Below, in pieces: positions 34,953 through 43,700 of a stretch of 64,000 nucleotides of DNA. The stretch lies in NCBI GenBank assembly GCA_050115675.1, contig JASFQB010000007.1:10108-74107 (forward strand). The letters run 5' to 3'. Position numbers and translations under genes: made by a program. Every line of letters starts with the position of its first letter. Position 1 is the stretch's first letter. Source of the stretch: Candidatus Woesebacteria bacterium. GTDB lineage: Bacteria > Patescibacteriota > Saccharimonadia > Saccharimonadales > EFPC-124. Under the pieces are notes generated by a model. The model made no database searches and was not told the origin of the DNA. It saw only the letters and a program-made list of their open reading frames with translations.

Positions 34953-36416
34953 ATGATGGCCTTTTTCGGCCGAGGGCAAGACCAAGCCATCCTAGAGGCC
35001 ACAAGACGCATCGAACAACTTAGTTCTGGAATGCTAGGCAGAATTGACAGAGAAGAATCTATCAGGCACAGCGCTGGCAATGTCCACCCGTGGCTCATGT
35101 CGGATACTACACAGAATTCTTTAGTGCACAGTTGGCTTGATTTTAGCGTTGGCTTTGCACTAACCGAAATGCATCAACTTGCAGTAATGTCGGCAGGCGG
35201 AGAGCTTACTCGCGAGTCTGCTGAATTAATTTTGTCTATTTTGCAACACCACGAGCGATGGTCTATTGCAGATGTGCAACGCAATAAGCTGCCTGTTAGC
35301 TTGTCTTTGCCAAACTACCAATATCCAGCAAAGGATCTGCTTGAAGCCCTAAGAACGTTGGTTGTCCAGCTTATAGAGCAGCTGCGATATGTTTGGTCTA
35401 AGGTAAATACGTCAAGCCTACCGCGCGAAATGCGCCCCTGGCTTGATGCAATTGGCAGTCGTGTCAATTTGGCACTATCTAAGGTCGAAGAGGTTAAGAT
35501 CGCACCAGCAAATAGCCTAGATTACAGAACACTGACCCAAATGGCTGACACGTATCTGCTACTTGGACAACAGGTGATTAAGCCTAGTCTGTTTGATAAT
35601 AATTTCCGACTCAGGACAGGTGCCAACACTGCTGCAAGCGCTCGCGAGCCATCAGCCACTGACAGAGTACTGACAACCTGTCGCAAGTTTTTGAGCGGCA
35701 TCGACCCATTGGTGGTTACTGCGCAAGAAGCGCGCGGAGCAATCACTGCAGAGCATGCGCGAGCACTAGACCGCTATTGGATTGATGTTTACAGTCCAGA
35801 ATCTCGCAGCGATCTAAACGAGCTTGTTAAGCTAATTGCAAAAATCAACCAGCTAGTTGCCTCTGGCGTAATTAAACGTCAACAAAGTGGCAGTTCGTAC
35901 GTCAGAACGCGTGGATGCCCTTGGGCTCCAGTTTACATAGCAACGCAAACCGTTGATCTTGGCGAGCGAATCGGCAAGGGAGCAATTTTTGCAATTTATC
36001 CCATCAAGGGGTCAATTTGTAACATTCATCGCCTTGGCACTTTGCAAAGTGCCACGCCTAAGATCAACGATAGCGATTTACTTTGGAAAGCTACCGATCC
36101 TACGTACAGACAGTTACTGCGTCAAAATTCAACTCAATACCAAACGGCAATCCGTCAACTAGCTGCACTCTGGCAGCGCGATGACAATTCCAGGGCAACA
36201 GATGCGTTGATCGCCTCTTTGCAGCAAGCTGTCCGAGACGGCAAAATCAAACGCTGCCCCACTGGTCAGGTCATCGACACCAGCCCCTGGGCCACGGTAT
36301 ACGTGGTAACTTGCAGGAGAGTAGTGGTTGGTGAAGGAATAATGCAGGGCACAAGATTTGCCCTAAACTTTGGAACAAACGGACAAGTTTTTACCAGAGA
36401 AATCAAGCGACTTTAA
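34953..36416 (+). CDS. Orphan 487-aa protein: helical N-terminal two-thirds plus tandem C-terminal ~75-aa repeat
   Basis: GGAGG precedes the ATGATG at 34953/34956. Repeat 1 is nt 35802-36044 and repeat 2 is nt 36186-36413 (..G.IKR...PWA.VY..T....GE.I..G..FA..). No family recognised. Confidence 0.6.
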   Translation: MMAFFGRGQDQAILEATRRIEQLSSGMLGRIDREESIRHSAGNVHPWLMSDTTQNSLVHSWLDFSVGFALTEMHQLAVMSAGGELTRESAELILSILQHHERWSIADVQRNKLPVSLSLPNYQYPAKDLLEALRTLVVQLIEQLRYVWSKVNTSSLPREMRPWLDAIGSRVNLALSKVEEVKIAPANSLDYRTLTQMADTYLLLGQQVIKPSLFDNNFRLRTGANTAASAREPSATDRVLTTCRKFLSGIDPLVVTAQEARGAITAEHARALDRYWIDVYSPESRSDLNELVKLIAKINQLVASGVIKRQQSGSSYVRTRGCPWAPVYIATQTVDLGERIGKGAIFAIYPIKGSICNIHRLGTLQSATPKINDSDLLWKATDPTYRQLLRQNSTQYQTAIRQLAALWQRDDNSRATDALIASLQQAVRDGKIKRCPTGQVIDTSPWATVYVVTCRRVVVGEGIMQGTRFALNFGTNGQVFTREIKRL

Positions 36417-36432
36417 CATAAAAACGCAACAC

Positions 36433-36468
36433 ATGGCCTTGTTTAAAAAGCAGGGCCATTTATTTTTT
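36433..36468 (+). terminator. Intrinsic terminator after orphan gene
   Basis: ATGGCCTTG-N9-CAGGGCCAT then TTATTTTTT. Confidence 0.65.
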
Positions 36469-36512
36469 AAAACAGATTTTATACAAAATACAAAAAAACT
36501 TTTTAAAAACAC

Positions 36513-36542
36513 TTGACACAATAGCAGTATAGGTATTAAAAT
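36513..36542 (+). promoter_or_regulatory. terD promoter TTGACA-N18-TAAAAT
   Basis: Consensus -35 in an AT-rich spacer about 57 nt upstream of the ATG. The leader contains an imperfect palindrome CTTGTACGAT..ATCGTATGCAAG. Confidence 0.55.
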
Positions 36543-36599
36543 ATTTTCTTGTACGATTATTCGATCGTATGCAAGAATCTGAAGCATGGGAGTTTTGGC

Positions 36600-37175
36600 A
36601 TGAGCGTTTCTCTGTCTAAGGGCGGCAACGTTTCTCTGACCAAGCAGGCCCCGAACCTCACCGCCGTCATGGTCGGCCTGGGCTGGAGCATGCGCACCAC
36701 TACGGGCGCAGACTTCGACCTTGATGCCAGCGCCATTATCTGCGATGCAAACGGCCGGGTGCTTTCCGATCAGCACTTCATCTTCTTCAACAACCTGAAC
36801 AGTCCGGATGGATCGGTGCAGCACACTGGCGACAACCTTACTGGCGAAGGCGATGGCGACGACGAGATCATCAAGGTCAACCTTGCGAGCATGTCCCCAG
36901 GGGCTGCCAAGGTCGTTTTTGCGGTCTCGATCTACGAGGCGACACGGAGAGGCCAGAGTTTTGGCCAGGTCAACAATGCGTTCATTCGCATCGTCAACCA
37001 GGCTGACGGCGTCGAGCTTGCTCGATACGATCTGTCTGAGGACGCCTCGACCGAAACCGCAATGATCTTCGGTGAGCTCTACCGGCACGGCTCTGAATGG
37101 AAGTTCCGCGCCGTCGGCCAGGGATACGCCTCTGGTCTCGAGGGTATCGCTCGAGATTATGGCGTCAACGTCTGA
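36600..37175 (+). CDS. terD: TerD-family stress protein (canonical)
   Basis: [13 protein letters not shown] start. Ca-binding [41 protein letters not shown]. 191 aa. GGGAG SD. Confidence 0.9.
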   Translation: MSVSLSKGGNVSLTKQAPNLTAVMVGLGWSMRTTTGADFDLDASAIICDANGRVLSDQHFIFFNNLNSPDGSVQHTGDNLTGEGDGDDEIIKVNLASMSPGAAKVVFAVSIYEATRRGQSFGQVNNAFIRIVNQADGVELARYDLSEDASTETAMIFGELYRHGSEWKFRAVGQGYASGLEGIARDYGVNV

Positions 37176-37230
37176 CGTCAAACAATGCGTGGTGTCGCAT
37201 TTTACGACACTAGATGCAATACCGTACTTC

Positions 37231-37263
37231 CCCCCAGCACAAGGTGTGCTGGGGGTTTCCCTT
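37231..37263 (+). terminator. Strong hairpin with weak U tract after terD (terminator/attenuator)
   Basis: CCCCCAGCAC-aaggt-GTGCTGGGGG then TTTCCCTT. Confidence 0.55.
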
Positions 37264-37281
37264 CAAACAGAGGAGTTCGCT

Positions 37282-37944
37282 ATGGTGTCATTTAGCAAAT
37301 CCGTTCCGGGTGCTGTGAGCCTCAGTAAGGATGCCGGGGTCGTCAGCCTGCATAAGTCGATGACCTATACTGTCATTACACACTGGGGAAGAAAAGACCG
37401 CGACCTATACTTGCTAGTCGAGTATACTGACGGGCACGTAGAAGTTGTTTCGTGCTTTGGCACCATGCGAAATCCACGCAGCTTCTCCACAAAAACTCGC
37501 GATGGCCTGGTTGTTCACGTCAGTGGCGACAACGCCACAAGTAACAGCGGCGGAGACGCAGCGCAGGAAGTCGCAAAGATTACGCTAGATCCAAGCATCA
37601 GATGTGTTGTTCCGGTGGTTTATTCTGCCAAGAATAGCGGCATGGGATCATTTAGGTCTCACAAGGTAACGACTTGTGTTCTGCCTGGTGATTTTGACGA
37701 CATCCCAACAACACACGTTGAAGGTGCGGTTACTATTACCGCAAAAAGAGCTAGTCTAAACCCGTGCGTCTACACATTTGCACCATGCGTCATCGACAAC
37801 AGTGACCCACGCGCGCCCAAGCTTAACTTGGCGCAGCAACAGTACAGCCGTATGAACTCAGAGCTGCGCCCAACTGTGCGCAACGGCATCGTTACTATGG
37901 ACAGCGGCGAAGAAAACGCCGAAAAACCTCGACCCAACCACTAG
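37282..37944 (+). CDS. Divergent TerD-like protein with degenerate Ca-binding motif and ~80-aa C-terminal extension
   Basis: TerD-like start MVSFSKSVPGAVSLSKDAGVVSL. GDN retained but GEGDGDDE is replaced (VSGDNATSNSGGDAAQE). GAGGAG SD 6 nt upstream. Confidence 0.6.
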   Translation: MVSFSKSVPGAVSLSKDAGVVSLHKSMTYTVITHWGRKDRDLYLLVEYTDGHVEVVSCFGTMRNPRSFSTKTRDGLVVHVSGDNATSNSGGDAAQEVAKITLDPSIRCVVPVVYSAKNSGMGSFRSHKVTTCVLPGDFDDIPTTHVEGAVTITAKRASLNPCVYTFAPCVIDNSDPRAPKLNLAQQQYSRMNSELRPTVRNGIVTMDSGEENAEKPRPNH

Positions 37945-37965
37945 CCGACAACAAGTAGTTAGTGT

Positions 37966-38003
37966 GTGCCCAACACTCCATTTTTGGTTTGTTGGGCACT
38001 TTT
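37966..38003 (+). terminator. Intrinsic terminator after TerD-like gene
   Basis: GTGCCCAAC-N16-GTTGGGCAC then TTTT. Confidence 0.6.
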
Positions 38004-38049
38004 AAATTTAAAAAACTTTTACAATTTTTATGTTTTTTGCATTTTGCTA

Positions 38050-38078
38050 TTGACTTTGTTGTTACAATATAACATAAT
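38050..38078 (+). promoter_or_regulatory. Promoter TTGACT-N17-CATAAT for the TerC/DUF475-type gene
   Basis: Hexamers in an AT-rich spacer about 52 nt upstream of the ATG at 38131. Confidence 0.5.
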
Positions 38079-38130
38079 AGCTCACTGTTGTGCTGATTGG
38101 TACACGAACCTACCATTAGATTGGAACGTG

Positions 38131-39282
38131 ATGTCAGAAAAGACGTCAACACTCAGGACGTTTCTGGGATCCATCATTGTCACCCTGCTGACGCTGGGCG
38201 CCGTTTTTTTCATTGGCGGACCGACTGCGCTGACATTGGTTGCGATTTTGGCAATTCTGGAAGTGTCTCTGTCGTTTGACAATGCCGTAATGAACGCCAC
38301 CATTCTTACTAGGATGTCAAAATTTTGGCAAAAGATCTTCCTGACGGTCGGCATTTTGATTGCCGTGTTTGGCATGCGAATGATCTTTCCGATTCTGCTG
38401 GTTTCGGTTACGACCGACATGAGCATGATCAGCGCCTTCAACCTGGCACTCAACGAGCCTGAAAAGTACCAGCATGCGCTGGAGGTCGCCCACCCGGCTA
38501 TTGCCGCATTCGGTGGCGTCTTCTTGCTGATGATCGTGCTGGGATTCATGTTCGAATCTCGGGATCTTAAGTGGATCCCCATCGAGTCAAAGCTTGCGTC
38601 GTTTGGCGAAAGCTTCAACGGGAAGTTCGGACCGATCAACACCGCGCTCGAAAAGGTTGGTGTCGACATCCTCTCCTGCATCATTACGTCGCTCAGCATC
38701 GTTGCCTGTGCCTACACACTGGCTCCTGTGCCGGGCACAGTTTTGACCGCTGGTTTTGTCGGGTTGGCCACCTACCTTGTTGTCAACGGTCTTGGAGTCT
38801 TCTTCGAGTCGCGTGGCGAGAACGAAGACTCTGCCGTCTCTGGCGGAATTTCTGGTGGTGCCGAGGCTCACAAGTCCTCCAGTGCCACTGCGGTTGTCGG
38901 CAAGGCTGCGCTCTTCCTCTTCCTGTACCTGGAAGTTCTGGATGCGTCGTTCAGCTTTGACGGCGTAGTTGGAGCTTTTGCTATTTCTTCAAACATCTTC
39001 ATTATTGCCGCTGGACTTGGCATTGGTGCAATGTACATTCGTTCGATCACAGTCTATCTTGTCAACCAGGGTACGCTGGCCGAGTACGAATACCTCGAGC
39101 ACGGCGCCCACTGGGCAATCGGCACGCTGGCAGTGATTCTGCTTCTGTCGATCAAGCTCCATGTACCTGAGATCGTAACGGGCATGACCGGCGTGGGCTT
39201 CATCGCCCTCGCCTGGATCAGCTCCATGATCCGCAACCGCCACAAGGCAAGGGGCGCCGTTCCTGCAATCATGACACAGTAA
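38131..39282 (+). CDS. TerC-superfamily integral membrane protein (TerC/DUF475 type)
   Basis: About 9-10 TM spans. Duplicated signature LEVSLSFDNAV and LEVLDASFSFDGVV (cf. TerC E..LS.DN). ATG at 38131; the track N-terminal extension is AT-rich spacer. Confidence 0.75.
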   Translation: MSEKTSTLRTFLGSIIVTLLTLGAVFFIGGPTALTLVAILAILEVSLSFDNAVMNATILTRMSKFWQKIFLTVGILIAVFGMRMIFPILLVSVTTDMSMISAFNLALNEPEKYQHALEVAHPAIAAFGGVFLLMIVLGFMFESRDLKWIPIESKLASFGESFNGKFGPINTALEKVGVDILSCIITSLSIVACAYTLAPVPGTVLTAGFVGLATYLVVNGLGVFFESRGENEDSAVSGGISGGAEAHKSSSATAVVGKAALFLFLYLEVLDASFSFDGVVGAFAISSNIFIIAAGLGIGAMYIRSITVYLVNQGTLAEYEYLEHGAHWAIGTLAVILLLSIKLHVPEIVTGMTGVGFIALAWISSMIRNRHKARGAVPAIMTQ

Positions 39283-39287
39283 CATCT

Positions 39288-39321
39288 GCCCGTGGTTGGG
39301 CTGCAAGGTCCGACCACGGGC
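39288..39321 (+). other. GC-rich hairpin immediately 3' of the TerC-type gene
   Basis: GCCCGTGGT-N16-ACCACGGGC. Confidence 0.5.
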
Positions 39322-39324
39322 GCT

Positions 39325-39355
39325 ACCCAAGATAATGATCTTGGGTTTTCTTTTT
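39325..39355 (+). terminator. Intrinsic terminator (right island border)
   Basis: ACCCAAGAT-aatg-ATCTTGGGT then TTTCTTTTT. Confidence 0.8.
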
Positions 39356-39374
39356 GATCATACAAAATAACTTG

Positions 39375-39908
39375 ATGCCTACAAATGAATATGTCATTAT
39401 ATATAATATGTCATTGGTTGTTATTGCCCACAATATCCGCAGTACACACAACGTTGGATCAATTTTTAGAACCTGCGAAGGCTTTGGTATAAATAAAATT
39501 ATTTTTACCGGATACACGCCATACCCACGCGTTATAAACGACGACCGTCCACCACACATTAGCAAAAAAAATACAGCCCAAATAGCAAAAACCGCACTTG
39601 GCACCGAAAGCATGGTAGATTTTGAATACGCACAAGACCCAATTGATGCAATTTCAAAACTAAAAGAACAAAAATACACCATTGTCGCACTTGAACAATC
39701 TTCTGGCTCCATAATGCTGCAAAGTTACAAAACAAAACCCAAAAAACTTGCACTACTTTTAGGAGAAGAAGTACATGGCATTACGCCAGAGCTGATTAAA
39801 TTCTGTGACGTTACTCTAGAGATTCCTATGACAGGTAAAAAAGAATCTTTTAACGTTAGTGTTGCAACTGGCATTGCACTTTACGAGCTAAGTATCAAAA
39901 ACATCTAG
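39375..39908 (+). CDS. SpoU/TrmH-family RNA 2'-O-methyltransferase
   Basis: HNIRSTHNVGSIFRTCEGFG, LLLGEEVHGI, IPMTGKKESFNVSVATGIALYEL motifs. Start uncertain (39375 or 39408); the track start at 39354 lies in the terminator T tract. Confidence 0.75.
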   Translation: MPTNEYVIIYNMSLVVIAHNIRSTHNVGSIFRTCEGFGINKIIFTGYTPYPRVINDDRPPHISKKNTAQIAKTALGTESMVDFEYAQDPIDAISKLKEQKYTIVALEQSSGSIMLQSYKTKPKKLALLLGEEVHGITPELIKFCDVTLEIPMTGKKESFNVSVATGIALYELSIKNI

Positions 39909-39938
39909 CAAAACTTCAAGCTTTACTGCATACTAAAA

Positions 39939-40772
39939 GTGGTTATGGTAAAACAAAAAACAGTTTTACGTTCAAAAAAAACTACCACAAGCTTACATAA
40001 AAAAAGATTAGGCTGGTTTGCCGTACTAGCCGCAGGCCTTGTTGTAATTCACTTGGCATATAACTTTAGACTTAATCAGCCAAAGCTATTTGGATATGCA
40101 ACGGATATTAGCGCAAAATCACTATTAGAACAAATTAACGCTACAAGACAAGATAAATACCAATTACCGTTAGCAAGCAGCGAAAGCCTCACAAAAGCTG
40201 CGCAGTCCAAGGCGCAAGATATGATTGCTAAAAACTCCTGGAATAACGACAAAACACTCCCTGCCGCACATTTTTTAAATAACTACAATTACACCACTAC
40301 ATCCCTTGCAGAAAGCCTAGCTTACGGTTTTACGTCCACCGATGAAGTAGTAAGCGGCTGGCTTAGTAGCGAGATTCAAAAAAATAACATTTACGGCGAC
40401 TTCAAAGAAGTAGGCTTTGGTATTGCAGAATCTGACAATTATCAAGGTGGTGGCAATGTTGTCGTGGTAGCATTCTATTCCAACTCAAACCCAGCAAACC
40501 CCTTGACGCAACCCGCAGCTATCAACAATTCCTTTGCACAAGTCAGCGGCCTTACAACCATAACATCGGGTGGCGCAACGTGGGCCACATATGCCAGCTT
40601 GGGACTTATTGGTGCTGCCATGGTTGGCTTTTTTGTTACCCACCTAGAGCTAATAAGACTGGGTTGGTATAAAGGAAGACACTTTATGCTGATTCACCCG
40701 CTCTTTGATATAGCAGTAATTGTATCCCTGGCTCTGCTTATGGTATACGCCGTGCAGGGCTTTATTGGATAG
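39939..40772 (+). CDS. CAP/SCP (YkwD-like) domain protein with N- and C-terminal TM helices
   Basis: INATRQ..LPL..SESLTKAAQSKAQDM, ESLAYGF, VVSGWLSS..QKNNI, EVGFGIA. Its stop abuts the dnaE stop with 0-nt gap. Confidence 0.65.
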   Translation: MVMVKQKTVLRSKKTTTSLHKKRLGWFAVLAAGLVVIHLAYNFRLNQPKLFGYATDISAKSLLEQINATRQDKYQLPLASSESLTKAAQSKAQDMIAKNSWNNDKTLPAAHFLNNYNYTTTSLAESLAYGFTSTDEVVSGWLSSEIQKNNIYGDFKEVGFGIAESDNYQGGGNVVVVAFYSNSNPANPLTQPAAINNSFAQVSGLTTITSGGATWATYASLGLIGAAMVGFFVTHLELIRLGWYKGRHFMLIHPLFDIAVIVSLALLMVYAVQGFIG

Positions 40773-43700
40773 CTATTTTAAAGCAACACAGTTTTCGCCC
40801 AACAGTTTTGCTACGTTTTTTTGCAGCTCGTCAGACGGATTTACCTTAAACGGCACTTTAATTGCAGATTTTTTATCAACACCCAAAACCAGCACTACAT
40901 CATTGTCACCTGGATACTCGTTAAGCATCTGCTTCAGCTTTAACAGACTGTCGCTGTCTTGAGGATCTTTTACATGAACATACAATCTATCTACAGGCAT
41001 AGAATTGGGCTGTTGTCGCACAGATTCTTCGACGGGTCTATAAGCTACTTTTTTACCTGATGCAGTTGGTGCTTTAGTTGATGTAGTATTAAAACCATTA
41101 AAACCGCCTCCAGGTATACGTTTTACTCTAAGTTTACCTTGTGCCGGTGGGTCAATTTTTTGACCAGTTGGACGATAACGTTGCGCCACCTCTAGCAAAA
41201 TTTCGACTATATCATCTGCCAAAATCTTAAGTTCATCTCCGATATTGCCATTGCGATCCTTAGCAGACAACTTACCTTTTGCCAAAATAACTTTATCTTG
41301 TACCAATAGCGATTGGAATTTTTCGTAAGATTTAGGAAAGATTATCAGCTCAATCTCACCTGTTTTGCCCTCTATCTTTACAAAAGCCATTTTATCACCA
41401 TTCTTAGTAGCAATTTGTCTAATAGCACTAATAACACCGCCTACAGACACAACCATGTCGTCGTGCGTAGATTTAAGATCGCCAATATCGTGAGTTTGCT
41501 CGCTAAAGTAATTATCATACGGGTCAAGAGGGTGACTAGACAGATACAGGCCCAAAAGCTCGCGCTCCCACAACAGCTTTTCGGGCTCTGGAGCTGGAGC
41601 GGGTGCAGCCATCAGCTGCAATGATGCCATTGGCACCAGGTTAGAATCATCACCAAATAAATTAGCCTGGCCACTGGCAGCTTCTTTTTGCAGTTTGCTA
41701 GCAAATGCCAAAATTGCGTCCATATTAAACAGCAGCTCAGCGCGTTCGCCAAAACGATCAAAGGCCCCCGCTTTTACTAAACTTTCTAGGTTTTTGCGGT
41801 TTACAATGCGCACGCTTACCCGTTTGGTAAAATCCTCAATAGTTTCAAACTCTCCACCTTCTCGTCGCGCCCGTAAAATTTCTTCGACTGCGTTTGCGCC
41901 GACGTTCTTAACTGCACTTAGACCAAATCGAACCTGGTCTTTACCAGGCACAACAGCAAATTCGGCAAACGACTCGTTAACGTCTGGCGGTAAAACCTCG
42001 ATTCCCATGTGTTTACATTCAGTAATTTCAATTGCTAAGCGATCAGTATCGTCATTATCGCTAGTCATCAAGGCCGCCATAAACGCTGCAGGGTAGTGAG
42101 CCTTAAGATACGCCGTCCAGTAAGCTATCAATCCGTAACAGGCAGCATGAGACTTGTTAAAACAGTAGGCTGCAAAATCCTCTAGCTGTTTCCAAAAGCC
42201 GTTCATCATGTCGCGATTTGCGCCATTTTTAACAGCGCCATCAACAAAGTCGACCTTCATTTTTTGCATAACGTCGATTTTTTTCTTACCAATGGCCTTA
42301 CGTAAAGTGTCAGCTTGACCGCCCGTAAAACCACAAAGCTCCTTAGAGATCTGCATCACTTGCTCCTGATACACCAAAATGCCGTAGGTGTTTTGAAGAG
42401 CGTTTTTCATTAATGGATGCAGGTACTCAATTTTTTTACGACCATGTTTACGAGCAATAAAATCGTCAATAAACTGCATTGGGCCCGGACGGTACAACGC
42501 CACCATGGCAATGATGTCATCAAATACAGAGGGCTGCAACTCTTTTAGATAGCGTTTCATGCCAGCAGATTCAAGCTGAAACACACCAGTAGTGTCCCCG
42601 CGAGACAGCAATTCGTACGCAGGCTTGTCATCTAGTGGAAGCCTGTCTAGATCAACCTCAGCATCGTACACTCGCTTCATGATACGCATGGTATTTTTGA
42701 TAATCGTTAAGTTCGATAAGCCTAAAAAGTCCATCTTAAGTAGACCCAGTTCTTCAACTTGTCCCATAGGGAACTGCGTTGCCACAACACCTTTTTGCGC
42801 CATTTCTAGCGGTATAAACTTAACCAGCTCGTCTGGAGCAATAACCACGCCACAAGCATGCACGCCATGCGAGCGAATTGTACCCTCAAGCCTGATTGCT
42901 TGGTCAATAACACGACGACTTACCGGGTTTATGTCATATTCATTTTTAAAATCCGCGTCTTGCTCCAAGCACTTTACTAATGGGATATTCTTGCCCTGAA
43001 CAGGCTGAGGAATAAGCTTAGCCAAGCGATCCGCCTCAGCATATGGCACCTCCAAAGTACGCGCAACGTCTCTGACCGCAGCGCGGGCTGCCATTTTACC
43101 AAACGTCACAATGTTTGATACGCGGTTTTTGCCGTATTTGTCGGAACAATATTGAATAACCTCATCACGCCGCGTATCCTGGATGTCAACATCAATATCA
43201 GGCATGCTAATGCGGTCTGGATTCAAAAAACGCTCAAACAGCAAGTCATATTTTAGCGGATCAAGGTCAGTAATGCGCAGCGCAAAAGCAATAATTGAAC
43301 CCGCAGCCGAACCGCGACCAGGCCCAAAAATTATCCCCTGCGCTTTACCCCAGTTAATAAAGTCCTGAACAATCAAAAAATAGCCGTTAAAACCCATGCC
43401 GTCAACTATGCCAAGCTCGTATTCGACACGTTCTAGCGCATCGTTATTAAGGACTTTTTTGCATTCGTCAATAGTCATATTATCGACTTTTACACGCTCA
43501 ATATCTCCATAACGCTCTGCCAAACCCTTAAAAACAAGCTCATCTAAAAATGACTTTTCTGTTTGACCCTCTGGCACATCAAACTTTGGGATGTGCATGC
43601 TATCAAAATCAAAATCTACATCACACCTGTCTGCAATAACTCGACTATTTAGCACAACTTCTGGATAGTCTTTGCCCCACCTATCAACAATATCTTGTGG

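Noticed and set aside
36363-37181. 272-aa minus-strand ORF covering terD
   Set aside because: It is antisense to a canonical TerD gene with a clear SD and start. Long antisense ORFs are expected in GC-rich DNA. It has no motif and no ribosome-binding site.
38079-38130. yybP-ykoY (Mn) riboswitch upstream of the TerC-type gene
   Set aside because: TerC-family genes often carry this riboswitch, but the leader here is only about 50 nt and lacks the conserved GGGGAGUAG-type core.
31222-39356. Island flanked by att-like direct repeats or inserted at a tRNA
   Set aside because: I found no direct repeat at the two borders, and the only tRNA is 29 kb away. The borders are ordinary terminators, so the mechanism of acquisition is unknown.
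38082-39365. Several minus- and plus-strand ORFs overlapping the TerC/DUF475-type gene
   Set aside because: They are shadow ORFs of the GC-rich membrane-protein gene. Only the 38131-39282 frame gives regular TM helices and the duplicated LE..S.D motif.
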